Shown here piece after piece: positions 63,992-64,000 of a stretch of 64,000 bases of DNA; the first letter of the stretch is position 1, and each line of letters opens with the position of its first letter. Source of the DNA: Pyrinomonadaceae bacterium (GTDB lineage: Bacteria > Acidobacteriota > Blastocatellia > Pyrinomonadales > Pyrinomonadaceae); the NCBI GenBank assembly GCA_035273405.1, contig DATEPC010000108.1, positions 12,126 through 76,125 on the forward strand, given 5' to 3'. The notes beneath the pieces are model-generated. The model was not told the DNA's origin. It did no database searches and saw nothing but the letters and a program-made list of their open reading frames with translations. A program made the translations under genes and the position numbers.

Positions 63992-64000
63992 CTTAATTCA

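Noticed and set aside
1-64000. Possible CRISPR arrays among the many short palindromic repeats
   Set aside because: The repeats are not regularly spaced and are not separated by unique spacers of uniform length. They occur singly or as inverted doublets at gene ends. No cas genes are present.

Overview
This is a roughly 57% GC bacterial chromosomal segment. Gene content and the translated repeat peptides suggest Acidobacteriota, but that is inference only. Most of the window is ordinary housekeeping or envelope content:
- rsmI, and an M16/M16 peptidase pair facing an M1-like protein
- a UvrD-type helicase-nuclease
- a partial polysaccharide locus (methyltransferase, epimerase, GT2, AsnB, DUF354, priming sugar transferase)
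- tRNA-Leu(CAA) followed directly by a Dam-type methylase
- a livK-H-M-G-F-type operon, a PLD-family protein, lipA and lipB
- a fused LeuD-LeuC-type aconitase-family gene, fabG and mnmA

No CRISPR array, rRNA, integrase or canonical defence operon is visible.

The most unusual property is the density and diversity of palindromic REP/REPIN/MITE-like repeats. At least a dozen families fill almost every intergenic spacer. Two REP-associated tyrosine transposase (RAYT) genes are present, one intact and one decayed, each flanked by its own inverted REP pair. Several repeat copies lie in frame inside coding sequences: the helicase nuclease domain, a polysaccharide-locus protein, twice in a CbbO/NorD-like vWA protein, and the aconitase-family linker.

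The best candidate for an uncharacterised module is at 55.9-61.9 kb. It holds a client-less CbbQ/NorQ AAA+ ATPase, a 1108-aa vWA partner and an AT-richer AlbA_2 (Schlafen-like) gene. A frameshifted Ivy-like gene sits between the ATPase and the vWA gene.

Other leads are a frameshifted secreted metzincin, an M1 pseudo-peptidase, and a four-gene membrane cluster splitting lipB from lipA. All functional calls rest on motifs read by eye; no database search was run.
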